From a virus, in IMG/VR virus record IMGVR_UViG_3300042467_002537: a stretch of DNA of 64,000 nt. One strand, 5' to 3'. Below are positions 1 through 11,530 of this stretch, one piece after another; position 1 is the first letter of the stretch, and each line of letters begins with the position of its first letter. The notes beneath the pieces were generated by a model. It was not told where the DNA came from and made no database searches. It was given only the letters and a program-made list of their open reading frames with translations. The position numbers and the translations under genes are program-made.

Positions 1-816
1 ACTGCAGTAGCAGTTTTTGCAGACTGGCAATTAGGAAAGGTCACACCAGATTACAACTCTAACGTAGCAGCAGACCGCATAGAATTGTATACAGAAAAGT
101 TGATAGAAATTACAGAGATACAAAGAAAGCACCACCCGGTTAACAATCTTCATGTGTGGTTGCTTGGTGATATAGTCGAAGGTGAAGAAATATTTCCTGG
201 ACAAGCCCACTTGATCGACTCTGGCCTTTACCGTCAAGTTGGTATCAATGGACCAGAGATACTTGTAAAGTTCTTGAAGACAGCATTAGAGAACTTTGAA
301 CATATACATGTTACTGGCGTTATAGGAAACCATGGAGCAATAGGTGGACGAGCAAGAAAGCAACATGACCCAGAGTCTAACATGGACAGATTGCTGTATC
401 AGATAGTACGATTAATCTTCGCCGATGAGCCAAGAATAACTTTTAATATTCCAGACGGCAAAGGTGAAAGACATTGGTATGCAGTCGACTCTATAGGTAA
501 CCATAGCAGCTTGCTTATCCATGGAGATCAATTACCTTCACCTAACGCTTTTCATGGCTACTATAAAAAGATAATGGGCTGGAAAGACGGAGCAATTCCA
601 GAACATTTTGATGACGTTTTTATGGGCCATTACCATCAGTCATTTAAAATGACTATAGGGAGTGCTACTCTAAGAATCTCTGGTTCACCAGAAAGCTATA
701 ATACATACGCACAAGAGTTTTTCTCCTCAATGAGCAGACCTTCTCAGCAGCTAATGTACATCCATCCAGAAAATGGAATCACTTGCGAGTACACTATTTG
801 GTTAGACGCAGTATAA
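1..816 (+). CDS. Metallophosphoesterase (calcineurin-like), 5' end beyond the window
   Basis: The frame is open from base 1 (TAVAVFADWQLGKVTPDYNSN...). The ORF-track start at 85 is an internal TTG. Motifs DWQLGK, GDIVEG, GNHG, HGD, GHYHQ. Confidence 0.8.
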   Translation, partial: TAVAVFADWQLGKVTPDYNSNVAADRIELYTEKLIEITEIQRKHHPVNNLHVWLLGDIVEGEEIFPGQAHLIDSGLYRQVGINGPEILVKFLKTALENFEHIHVTGVIGNHGAIGGRARKQHDPESNMDRLLYQIVRLIFADEPRITFNIPDGKGERHWYAVDSIGNHSSLLIHGDQLPSPNAFHGYYKKIMGWKDGAIPEHFDDVFMGHYHQSFKMTIGSATLRISGSPESYNTYAQEFFSSMSRPSQQLMYIHPENGITCEYTIWLDAV

Positions 817-827
817 TAGGGGACTAA

Positions 828-3800
828 ATGAAAAGTTATGTATTAACATTATCTAACATACACTTTAACAAGCAAGGTAAAGTGTGGACGTCTGACCCAA
901 TAGACCTGTACGATAATTCAAGTTATACAAACTATTCAACCATGAGGTCTAAGTATGGCCATAATTACTTAGGCGATTCTACCTTCATAGGTAACGAGAT
1001 AATCCAAGGGGCAACTCCTACCTTAGCAGACTCCGTGTTATCCACGGAATTTGGCGAAGTAATAACAGATCAAGACTTCTATCTTAACTACGTTTACCCA
1101 ACTGGTACACAACAAGGTTCTTTTTTAATCTATGATTTGGTAGAAGAAAATGGATATTTTGTTCTTACGCCGACAAATAAAACAACTCCCCTTGAAAGGT
1201 TTGTTGATACAACATCTAGAGTGGACTTAGTGGCTTACAAAGGCGCATTTGTAAACGCACCGTCTAGTATCCCAATAGAATATACATTACAAGTTTACGA
1301 GTCAGACGATGTACTGGAATCTGCAACTCCTTTCTGGATGCCAAATGATGTGTCAACTCAGACTGAATTTTTGTTTATACAAAGATCAAAGAGGTTTATA
1401 AAGATCCAAGTGGAGTTCCTTACAGAGCTACCCGATGCCGTGTTTGATACAGGTAACTATCTAGTATCAAGCCAGGGCATTGATGAAAATGGTTTCTTAA
1501 TATACGATACGCCATTATCTTTAAACGACCAAATGATTGGGTCTTTAACGCCTCAGGAAATAGGCAATATTGATTTTCTTCTTTTGGTTGAAGTGCAAAT
1601 TTCCGAACCTAATCCTCCAAACATAACTGAGTCCACTAGGGATATCCTCAAGAAGTTCCCATCGTGGACGAAGCTTTTTGAAGACTCTTTACCAGATGCA
1701 ACCCCAACTTTTGCTGTACCTGAAAGTTTTGGTGGAAAATTTATTAATGCCCTTATTGGGGATAGTTTAGATTCAGTAGAGTCTTTGATAGATTATTTTA
1801 GCTTAGCTAAATCAGTGACAGGTGCCGACGTAGAACAGCTGACTTGGATTTACTCTGTTAGCAATTGCCCTAGTCTAATAACTAGCGTAAAAGGCGATAA
1901 TATTAGACTAACCCCTATATCAACGTACGCTGACTTTATAACTCATAGAGTAGAAGATTACGTTTATTACCATGAGCCAAATGACAGAGTTGTTTTGACT
2001 CTAAGGCCATTTAACCAGATTAAAATAAACGAGTTAGTCAAGACACAAACAGAAGTTTTAGTTTTCAATATGTTTGACGAATTTGGTTCTAGAGTAGGTC
2101 TTCCTAGACTAAAGATGGAAGGCAATGAAAATTACAAAACTAGAATTCTAGACGTATACAAAAACCTTCCAGGGCCAGACATAGATTCCTTTAAGAAAAC
2201 AATTAGAAGAGAGCTAGATCTTTGGAGAGCCACTGGGGCAACTCCAAGCTCAGATAGCGTAGGAGCTACTCCTATAGTTTTGGAGATGGAAAACCTAGAA
2301 GAATTAAATAAATACTTTGAAGATAATAATAATCCAACTAAAGCTTTTATAGATTTTGTAGAAAAAATTAATATAGAGTATCCAACAAACTGGGGATTTG
2401 TTCCATGGTCAGAAATGATTTGGGACTACGCTGGAAAATTTGAAGAAGGAGTAAAAAAGGTTCCTTTTTCTTACGATAAAAATCCATTTGCTGGACAATC
2501 TACTCCTAGGTATATCCAAAATGGAGTTGGAGATTTAAGTGACTTAAAAGTTAGCATAAGATCCAAGAGAGAGTTCTCATCAGATGAAGTAATCTTAAAT
2601 GATATTTCAGATGAACAAGTTTATGAAAAGGCTTTTAAAATAAAACTAGCTGGCATTGAAAAAATTGGAGAAAGTATTGTTAGACCACCTATAAACTTTG
2701 ATTTTGATAGTCAACTGGAATATACCTACAATATTCTTAATCAAAAAACAGCTACAATAAAGTTTTTAGTAGAGCTAGTTGTGTCAGGTGTTACTTATTA
2801 TGCTAACTATACACTCAATACAGTTAGTGACATCTATGCAGCTGGTCCATTGTATTCTATTTTTAACATCGCGACAAATAGAACTAACTCGGATGTGCAG
2901 TTCAAGTCAAAAACTACAAATGTTAATTATGTTGACAATACTTCAACAACAGCCAGCAACACAATACATATATCTAATGTGACAGAAGCAAGAGTAAGCT
3001 TTGGTCACTTTATTTATTCAAGCACTACACCGCTATATACGATAAGCGGACACAGTACCAGTAACTCTGGATGGATACACCCTAAGGGTCACGCAACCGC
3101 AAAGTACTATACAACGAGCTATGCTAACGCTTCTACCTCGACCTTGCCGTCGCCGTACTATACAATTACAACACCAACTATTTCGAAAATGCAGATCGAG
3201 TATGGATCGAGCATGCTTTCTAGTACCCCTTCAATTGGCTATACCTCTGCAGTAAAAACCTCTGGCGTCTTAAGGCCATACTCCACCTCATCTGGTACTG
3301 CTACCCCATCTTTTAGTATACCTTTTAATTCCCTAGTTGCTTTAGCAAAAGGATTCCCACCGGCTCAGTCCTCTCCAACCTATAACGCTTTGGTGTTAAG
3401 GAATACCGTCCCAGAAGATGCGTACATAGACCCGGATTACTCTACGCCTGGTTATGGATATAACGGTTATGGTGGTTATGTAAACCATCCACAGTTTAAT
3501 ATAAATTATTTTGTTCCTGGATTAATGATAGATTCAGACATAACAAGTCCTCAATTTTTTGCTACGCCATCTTATTCTTTATCAAGTACTCCGACAACAC
3601 TTTCGGTTTACTGGGACCCTTATGCCGTGCCGAGCAATAGAAAATATTCCCTTAATGGTGTTGGACAAAACAACTACCCGCTTACCGTAGGGGAATGGAA
3701 GTATTTTGAAAAAACATCAGCAACACCTGTGTACTTTAGATTGTCTGAAAGAGGAGTTATTAAGTCGGAGGAAGACATTGGTGCAAGCTATGAATTATCT

Positions 3801-5687
3801 GATTCTATTTCTAGTATAGATGTCCATAGATATAACTTTGACTTTAATTTATTAACGCCAAACAAATACATTGTAAATAATATTTCAGCAATTCCAGCTG
3901 ATTCATCAGACAACTCATTTGAGGTTTGGACAGATAAAAGTTCAGTTATACCGTACTACTCTATAAGTGAAGACGATGATCTCAGAGTGCCTAACACTAT
4001 GTATGTACCTGCTGATTCTTACAATGAACTAAAGCAGGGGACAGACAATGATGTTTACATACCTTCTGTAGTAGTTAGGTCAAGACTAAATACAAAACAT
4101 AATAAAGACTTTGAATCAGAAATACACACAGGCTGGTATTACCTTAATAACCAAGAAACCTATGTATATGCAAGACCAGTGACAGAAAATGTCACCTATA
4201 CATCCTCTAACCCTTATCATCAGATAGTTTTGTCTGGCCACGCAAAGCAAGGTGCGCCAGTTATTATAGAATCTTTAAGCAACCCTAGCACTAGCTTGAC
4301 GCAAGTAGCCTTTATCGATGCTGCGACACCATCAGTTTTCGGTAGTTTTAACACAGAGTATTTAGAGGCAAGAAAAAACAATTATTTATACGTTGGTTAT
4401 AAAAACATTTATGAAGTCTCGGTATATGATCCAATAACAGAATTATATCTTTTAGAAAATGGTAGCTCAAATACTGAAAAAATAACAATGCCAGCGGGAT
4501 CTATGGTGCCTGGCAGAACCTATACGGTAAAATATAAAGTTAGAAATGCTTATTCAGTAGACAACGAATACCTTGACAGTAATAATAAGTTGAAAACTAA
4601 AATATTGTTCCACGCTACTCCAATTACTGGTGACACCAATTACGCAGTCACCTATGAATCTACGTTGTTTGATTCGTCTACACCTTCAGGAGTGTATCAT
4701 TCGCCAATGAAGTCATTGTTAAACGAGGGATTTGTTTATTTGACTGACTCAGTTTATGAGTATGATAGATTTTTAGCAGAGACAAACCCAGGATATCTAA
4801 TTGATGACCCGGCTTCTGACTATTCTATATTAACAATAGAAAGTTACGATAAAAACGGAAACCCAAAACCGTATCAAAAGTATAATATTACATCAAGTCT
4901 CTTGTCCGTAGAACCAAGCTCGGTAGAAACAGACAATAACGGCTTTGCTTACGCAAGAGTAGCTTATTCCGGTGCTACTCCAGCTATCGTAAATAACGCT
5001 CCCCTGTACATATCTGGGGTACAAAGTGGGTATAGCATGGCTAACGACTCTGCTACATTAAACTATTCAATAGTAAAGTCAGAGTCAGGCCTAGATAGTC
5101 TCTACGCTGAGGTAGACCCACAGATAATAAAAGCCGATGGAGTAAGTACCTTATCAATAAAAGGAATGCTGTCCTCTAAAACTAAAGACACTTCTTCTGT
5201 TAGGGTTTACTATAGACTGGGTAGAACCTTGTATTCAGCTATAACAAAGCCAACTTATAATTCTGTAGTGTCCTTGGAAGATGGTTCGTTTACCATTGGT
5301 CCAATCACGGCACAGTCTTCAGCTACCCCAGGATATTGGTTTGCTGTTGTAGAAACAGAATTTAGCTCCAATAATGTGTCATCCCCAGTTACTATATCAG
5401 GAGACATAGTACATTGGTTTGAAGATTCGCAAGATGCCATTTTGAATTCATCTGGTCGTGTTACGTCGGTGCAAGATACGTTTACTGCAAGTGATTTTTC
5501 TTTTGTGTCTTCTACCCCAGTTTATAAGATAGATTACTTGACTGGAAACCCAGCTCAAAAGAGCGCAACACCAAATGTATCTTTGCCAAAATGGTTTAAG
5601 ATACCAAGATTAACGCAGTATCAGCTGGGTATTCTTGGAAACGATTACTATTCCCTAGACAACAACAGACAAATATACCCAAGCTAA
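828..5687 (+). CDS. Very large virion/tail-baseplate-like protein with C-terminal Ig-like (Big-1-like) segments
   Basis: 1619 aa ORF. Ser/Thr-rich beta-type sequence, C-terminal LTIESYDKNGNPKPYQKYN...VEPSSVETDNNGFAYARVAYSG pattern, adjacent to other huge structural ORFs. Confidence 0.6.
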   Translation: MKSYVLTLSNIHFNKQGKVWTSDPIDLYDNSSYTNYSTMRSKYGHNYLGDSTFIGNEIIQGATPTLADSVLSTEFGEVITDQDFYLNYVYPTGTQQGSFLIYDLVEENGYFVLTPTNKTTPLERFVDTTSRVDLVAYKGAFVNAPSSIPIEYTLQVYESDDVLESATPFWMPNDVSTQTEFLFIQRSKRFIKIQVEFLTELPDAVFDTGNYLVSSQGIDENGFLIYDTPLSLNDQMIGSLTPQEIGNIDFLLLVEVQISEPNPPNITESTRDILKKFPSWTKLFEDSLPDATPTFAVPESFGGKFINALIGDSLDSVESLIDYFSLAKSVTGADVEQLTWIYSVSNCPSLITSVKGDNIRLTPISTYADFITHRVEDYVYYHEPNDRVVLTLRPFNQIKINELVKTQTEVLVFNMFDEFGSRVGLPRLKMEGNENYKTRILDVYKNLPGPDIDSFKKTIRRELDLWRATGATPSSDSVGATPIVLEMENLEELNKYFEDNNNPTKAFIDFVEKINIEYPTNWGFVPWSEMIWDYAGKFEEGVKKVPFSYDKNPFAGQSTPRYIQNGVGDLSDLKVSIRSKREFSSDEVILNDISDEQVYEKAFKIKLAGIEKIGESIVRPPINFDFDSQLEYTYNILNQKTATIKFLVELVVSGVTYYANYTLNTVSDIYAAGPLYSIFNIATNRTNSDVQFKSKTTNVNYVDNTSTTASNTIHISNVTEARVSFGHFIYSSTTPLYTISGHSTSNSGWIHPKGHATAKYYTTSYANASTSTLPSPYYTITTPTISKMQIEYGSSMLSSTPSIGYTSAVKTSGVLRPYSTSSGTATPSFSIPFNSLVALAKGFPPAQSSPTYNALVLRNTVPEDAYIDPDYSTPGYGYNGYGGYVNHPQFNINYFVPGLMIDSDITSPQFFATPSYSLSSTPTTLSVYWDPYAVPSNRKYSLNGVGQNNYPLTVGEWKYFEKTSATPVYFRLSERGVIKSEEDIGASYELSDSISSIDVHRYNFDFNLLTPNKYIVNNISAIPADSSDNSFEVWTDKSSVIPYYSISEDDDLRVPNTMYVPADSYNELKQGTDNDVYIPSVVVRSRLNTKHNKDFESEIHTGWYYLNNQETYVYARPVTENVTYTSSNPYHQIVLSGHAKQGAPVIIESLSNPSTSLTQVAFIDAATPSVFGSFNTEYLEARKNNYLYVGYKNIYEVSVYDPITELYLLENGSSNTEKITMPAGSMVPGRTYTVKYKVRNAYSVDNEYLDSNNKLKTKILFHATPITGDTNYAVTYESTLFDSSTPSGVYHSPMKSLLNEGFVYLTDSVYEYDRFLAETNPGYLIDDPASDYSILTIESYDKNGNPKPYQKYNITSSLLSVEPSSVETDNNGFAYARVAYSGATPAIVNNAPLYISGVQSGYSMANDSATLNYSIVKSESGLDSLYAEVDPQIIKADGVSTLSIKGMLSSKTKDTSSVRVYYRLGRTLYSAITKPTYNSVVSLEDGSFTIGPITAQSSATPGYWFAVVETEFSSNNVSSPVTISGDIVHWFEDSQDAILNSSGRVTSVQDTFTASDFSFVSSTPVYKIDYLTGNPAQKSATPNVSLPKWFKIPRLTQYQLGILGNDYYSLDNNRQIYPS

Positions 5688-5703
5688 TATAGATGGAACA
5701 TAG

Positions 5704-8700
5704 ATGAAAAAGTTTACAAACAACATAGAAAACTCAAAAGAAAAAAAGATTAGAACCGGATCGGCTTTGCCAGCTAACTCGGTAAATTTAGCATACTTTA
5801 AAGTTGATGAAGTAACTCCGGGAAATAGTTTAACTGTAGTAGATTCTTCTTCTTCAATAAAAGAAAACTTTATTGATTACAAAAACGAACAAGTATCTTT
5901 GTTAGCTAATGAAGTTGGAATGTTATTTGATCCGTTATCTGGAAACTCAAAATTTCCATCTTCCGATATATACGTGACCAATTATAGAAACAGCCAAAGA
6001 AATAACACTAGCTATGTAGACGTAAATATTTTAAATCAAAATATGATTGGCGAAAACTCAGTATCTGATTATATTTATTCATACTATGTAAGTAGATACT
6101 TTACTGTCAAGTCTTTGATGAGTGGAAGTCTAGTACAAAAAGTTTTCTATAATGGCAAAGAATATTTCGACATTATCAAGACCTCTGAAATACAAAATAT
6201 TGAAAGAAAAAGAGACTCCATAGACCTGCAAGACATAATGGTCTTGAACCCAGATGGCTCAGAGTATGTTGATCTTAATGGCAAAAAAAAGTACAGGGTA
6301 GTTCTTGAGTCATATAACGAAAAGCAAGTTTCTTTAAGCGAGAGATTGTACAAGATAATAGTTTTGTTAGAAGAACCAAACCCAGTAAATTTGTTTTTGT
6401 CTTATCCAAAGATTGAATTAGACTCAGATAACTATCTCGTTAACCAATCATTAGCTTATAAGGAAAATATAACGCCAATACAATTATTTAATGAAGAGTC
6501 GGAAGAAGCTAGCGTAGTAGATTATGGTTCAAAATACGACAATACGTATGCAGTTAAGTCAACGGAAAGTATACAAAATAAATTTTCTACAGGCGGGGTT
6601 TTCGACGATAGAGGCTACAATATTTATGTAAACAAAAAAGCTATAACAGACGACAGAACGTACGAAGTTTTTAGTTGGAGAATAGTAGGCAAGATAAATA
6701 GAAGCTTTAACTATGCTAACAGACTAGAAGGGCTGCTAGGTAACTCTGCTAGGTCTAGAGGCGTGGTAAAAGCAGCAGTGATCAAGGCAAATACAAAAGC
6801 AAGTTACGTTGATCACCATAAGATTTTTACTAAGTTAAACTTAGACAGTAACCCAATCAATATATTTAATTACCTTTTTAAAAATCCAATATCGGAACAA
6901 GCAGCTATAGTCCCGACTAGTTTAGACGACTCATATTGGACAGTAGACTTGTCTACTATCACGCATGATCAAGTAAAAACTTTTGATTTTTTAATTCTTG
7001 TGGTCAACTCTAACACAAACATAGAGCAGTATCAGGCAAAGATAACAACATTCTTAAACAATGGTGGCTGTTTATTCGTTGAATTTGAAGGCAATCCTAC
7101 TCTTTCCGTAAAGTCGATATACCCTATCCCATTAACTGACCTAGTAAGCGGTGCCGCAACGTCCGTAACTTATAATAGAAGCACAGATGCAGCCCAGTAC
7201 CCATACAGCTCAATCAATGAGTACGAAGATAATAGATCGTGGGACATCAGGAGCGAAGTCTTTGACACGGGCTTCGGTGCTTATGGAAAAATAGCGCAAA
7301 CAGTCTCAGCTTTTGCTAGTTCAATGAGCGCCTATCAATCAATATCAACAAACGTTGGACCAGTTCTAACAGTTAATAAAGTAGGAGCAATTGAATCAGG
7401 GGGAGTTAGTGCTGGTACTATCATATCTAACACCGTTTCTATAAACTCAAAAGCTGGAACAGATTACATCCAAGGCGGCGCTTTGCCAGAGTCGGCAAGC
7501 GTTGGTTCGGTGTTGTTAACCTCTGATGCAGAAGGGCCATTAAAAGTATTCTATAATTCAATTATAGTTGGTTTGATATCAAAGTACTTTACTTCAGGAA
7601 ACTCCTCAAATAATTCTTCTAGCACGCTGCTTACACCGGTGCTTATGCACGCTACTGCTTGGAAAACTTCCTGGGCCATAAACGGTCCAACATCTAATGA
7701 TGAGTATGACTATAACGACGTTTTAATAAAAAATGATAAATTAGATGAGTATGCTCAGTTCCAGATAAACAAAGATCAAAACGGAGACTTGTACAGAACT
7801 ATAGACACAATGTCATACAAAGAAATATTCTTGCAGGATTTCTCTAAATCAGTAGACAACTCATATGGGCAATTCTATAATTCATCTAATGATGTTATAT
7901 CCTATTATATAGAGTTTACTAATGAAACGATTATACCCAAAAATGGAACACGTCTTACGACTCCTTTGTCTTCTGGTATAACAACACCATACTACACCTA
8001 CTCTATATCAGCTACCGAAGCCTTGGGCAGCCCGGTAGTTAAAACTACGACCATGTCCATGCCCCTCAATATCCCTGCAACGTTTGGACAATTCTACATT
8101 AAAGATAGAATTAACTCTGTCACAAACAACAGAGGCAACCAAACTAGTGCAACAAATGACGTACCGTTTAGTTATAGTTATGATTTTAAAACAAGTTATA
8201 GAGCGGTCAGAAGCACTGAAGCGTCACTTGCTTTTGATCTTTCTTTTCAAGCTGATTTTACATTAAGCCTTCCTATCACTATCAAGAACTTTAAATCAGT
8301 TTATGAAAAAGTAGGAACACGAATTAAACCAGGGTCAGATGACCCGGTAGACACTACGTGGCAATTTGCAAGATCCAAGCAAAGCATATCAGTACAGTCA
8401 ACATTTGATGTACCCATAACTAGGCTAGGAAGAGGCATGACAAACAAATATGCTTGCGTCCAAGACTTAATAAACTATAAGGCAATACATGTTACAGGTG
8501 ACGCACAAGCGGGAAATCATTTTCCATACACTGGAGATATAGACCTTGGAAACACCTACAAGCAATACTCCGTAGGCCCAAGAACAGGAGATGTTAATAC
8601 CGGAAACTACGTACATTATCTTCAATGGACTCTCAAAGCCGCTGGGTATTCAGTTGTAACCGATGGAACATTAGGATCACAAACTGGTGCAGCCTTAACT

Positions 8701-11530
8701 TCTTTACAAACAAAGGCAGGACTAGCCTATGTAGATCAACAGCTTGATTCTGAAACAAAGTCTGCGATGGCTTACGTATGGTGCACAAAACTGCATGAAG
8801 GTAAGGTAGATGATTATAAAAAACAAATAACAAAGTTTTATGAAAAAAAACCATCTATAGGCGCTGCAGTCATATCGTATATAGAAGCTGCTATATTAAG
8901 TGATCCAGTAGGGTCTGCTGCTACTGGTAGAATACGAAGAATATCATACACTGGCTCTATCCCAAGCAAAACTCCAGATAAACTTGTCTGTAATTTTATA
9001 GTACAAATACCTGATAGCATTCTTGATAGAACAGATAAAGAAGATATTCTATCAATAAAAATTTACGCTGGAGCTGCTGATATAACAATATCAAGAATCC
9101 AGTTTACTAAAGAAGTATGCAGCCCAACTGCTGGCCTAACTGCTTTCAATACACGACGTGCAGCAGGTGCAAAAGAAAAAGACCTTATAGACGTAGCGGT
9201 TATAGAAGCAGGCGGTGCAAAAAGATTTTTCTTAAATATCAACAATCCTAAAGACAACCAATATAAATACGTACTGATACAGGCAAGCGGTAGTAAGCTT
9301 GGTGGCGCATTTGGACCCAACGCAATGCGGAATGTTTATTGAGCAAATAGTATTTCAAAATAGTTCAGAAGGCGAAGAAGAGGATTATTTTGAATGGATT
9401 ACTAAACCAGACCCAGATAAGGTAGTGACTGGTTTCATTGATGTTAAAACAACAAAACAAGTTTCAAGTTTAACTATTGCAAATACGCCAAGAACAGACA
9501 AATTTACTAGTGCAGATTTCTATAAGCTACCTTTGACTGTAACTAGTTTTTACTACAAAGATGAGGATAATGTCAAAGAAACTTTTGTATATGAAACTGA
9601 CTCCACAGATAAAATAGAAGCAGGCCAAGCATTAAACCTTACATCAGTTGCTTCACTTAAAATAAACAATGGAGTTACAAAAGGCTGGGGCGAGATATCA
9701 CTCGACATTGCTAAAGCAATTGTTTCGCCAACTGAACCACTGGTTATAAGCGAGAAAAAAGTTGCACCCACAGGGCAGACAACTTCTTCGACAAGCCCAT
9801 ACATAAACTATGTAACATTGGCACAAAGCAAAGAAACCTATAACGGTGCAGATCAAGTAGACTTAACCTATGATGTTAACATTAGTTCTCTGAGTAGTGA
9901 GGCTAGCTACAGTAATGACGTAGTGACCCCAACTTCTCATAAGCATTTATACGCAAGTTTCCTTCAGCCTAATCAGGCAAAAACGACTAGAGTATCGCCA
10001 CAGAACAAGAGTAGGATAACCTATCTTGATGGAGTGGTATGCCTCTGTAATGATAGCGGTCTACCAGTTGGTATGGATGTAAGCCTAGCGTCCACCACTG
10101 AGATGAGAGGAATGATTGGTGACTTTAACTCTATCACTAATGTATATTTAGAAAAGAATTCTAACTTTGCTTCTGATGGTTTAGTTTACGGTTTTTATGA
10201 TCTAGCAGCAAAAAAGTTTTTAGGAACAAACATTTCTTATTCAGAATACTTAGAAAAAGACGGTGCTCAAAATATTTATATAGCTGTAATGGCAACAGAC
10301 TATGATGGAAACGTTTTGAATGATGACATGGACTATGCTGGTTTCCAAAGCATACCAATCACAAACATAAACGTTCCCAACAAACTTATATGCCCAATAT
10401 ATAATATAAAGTTTAAAAACAAAACAGCCATACAATTACAAAAGCCACAAAGTAGTTTAAGCAAAAAAAATCCATGGCATGTGGGTGTGTCTTCTGGGTC
10501 GTTTACTAAAACATATAAATTAGATTTAGACAAGATATACAATGAAGACATTTTTTGGCTAAAGCAATATGCGTTGGAAGATGAAAACACCTGTACTGTA
10601 AAAGCCTTCTATGACACCACCAACTTCAACAATGTTGGTTGGTCAAAAATACTTGGAAAACCATACGTAGACGTTAAACAAGAGACCCCAATCATAATAG
10701 ACTCTACATCTATTAAGCTAAGACAAATCCCATTTGCCGTTATACATGAGCCATCAGATAATCTTTCTTATTTCGCATCGCCAATAAAGCCTTTTGTTTT
10801 TGTATATATAAAAAATACAACGACCAATAATTGGGATCTTATTCCTTTTTCAGAAATAGCATCGTTTAACAATTCTACTGGCTATATAGAATTTAAGTCT
10901 GCAGTCGTACCTAACGACATCAGATCTATAAAAGTTGATTATGCTGTTGCCTCTTCTGCCGTACCAATAAAAGTTTTAGACAAAAAGGACATAAAGTTAA
11001 ACCCATTTTTGTTTAAAGATGACATACAAATGAACAAGCCAATCTATTTTTATCTAGAGCCAAGAAGTATTCTTGTAGAAAACTCATCAAGCATACAGGT
11101 AGTTAATAATGATAACATTGAAAATGAAAATACCTTAAAGTATACTAAGAATGGTGACATTTTTGACCCATCTCATCCAAATTATAATCCATTAAACATC
11201 CTATTGTGTACGGTTTATGTATCTGATTATAATTTCATAGACACCTTAAAGGTGGACGACTTAAGACTTAAGGGTGGTGGCGTATCCTCGGTTATCCCAC
11301 TAAAAGAAATACTAGACAACTACCCAGAAGTAAGATCTAACTGGGATATAATGGGCCCAGACGGATACGCTTATTCTAACGGTGGTTATGTCGTAATCCA
11401 ACTGCCGGAAAACTTGAAAACTTACATGAGCAATGCTAAAATAAAAGAGACAATAAGCGCTGCTCTAACAGCTGGTGTGGTTTATGATCTACAAAATTAT
11501 TCAGGCGAGGATTGGTATAAAACAACATGA
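5704..11530 (+). CDS. Large virion protein encoded across a +1 recoding site (ORFs 5704-9342 and 9299-11530 fused at CGGA 9328-9331), predicted about 1941 aa; contains a peptidoglycan-binding-like segment
   Basis: Frame 1 ends ..AAC GCA ATG CGG AAT GTT TAT TGA; skipping C9328 gives ATG-GGA-ATG-TTT-ATT-GAG in the downstream frame. (11530-5704+1-1)/3 is an integer (1942 codons). YVHYLQWTLKAAGYSVVTDGTLGSQTGAALTSLQTKAG resembles PG_binding_1. Confidence 0.65.
9328..9331 (+). other. Candidate CGGA quadruplet / +1 frameshift site 1
   Basis: In-frame CGG-A. The two frames overlap only in about 9278-9339 (downstream frame has TGA at 9275, upstream frame ends TGA at 9340-9342). Confidence 0.75.

Noticed and set aside
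9299-9342. Ordinary overlapping start of a new gene at 9299/9332
   Set aside because: Possible, but there is no ribosome site and the overlap contains a CGGA in the zero frame like the other junctions.
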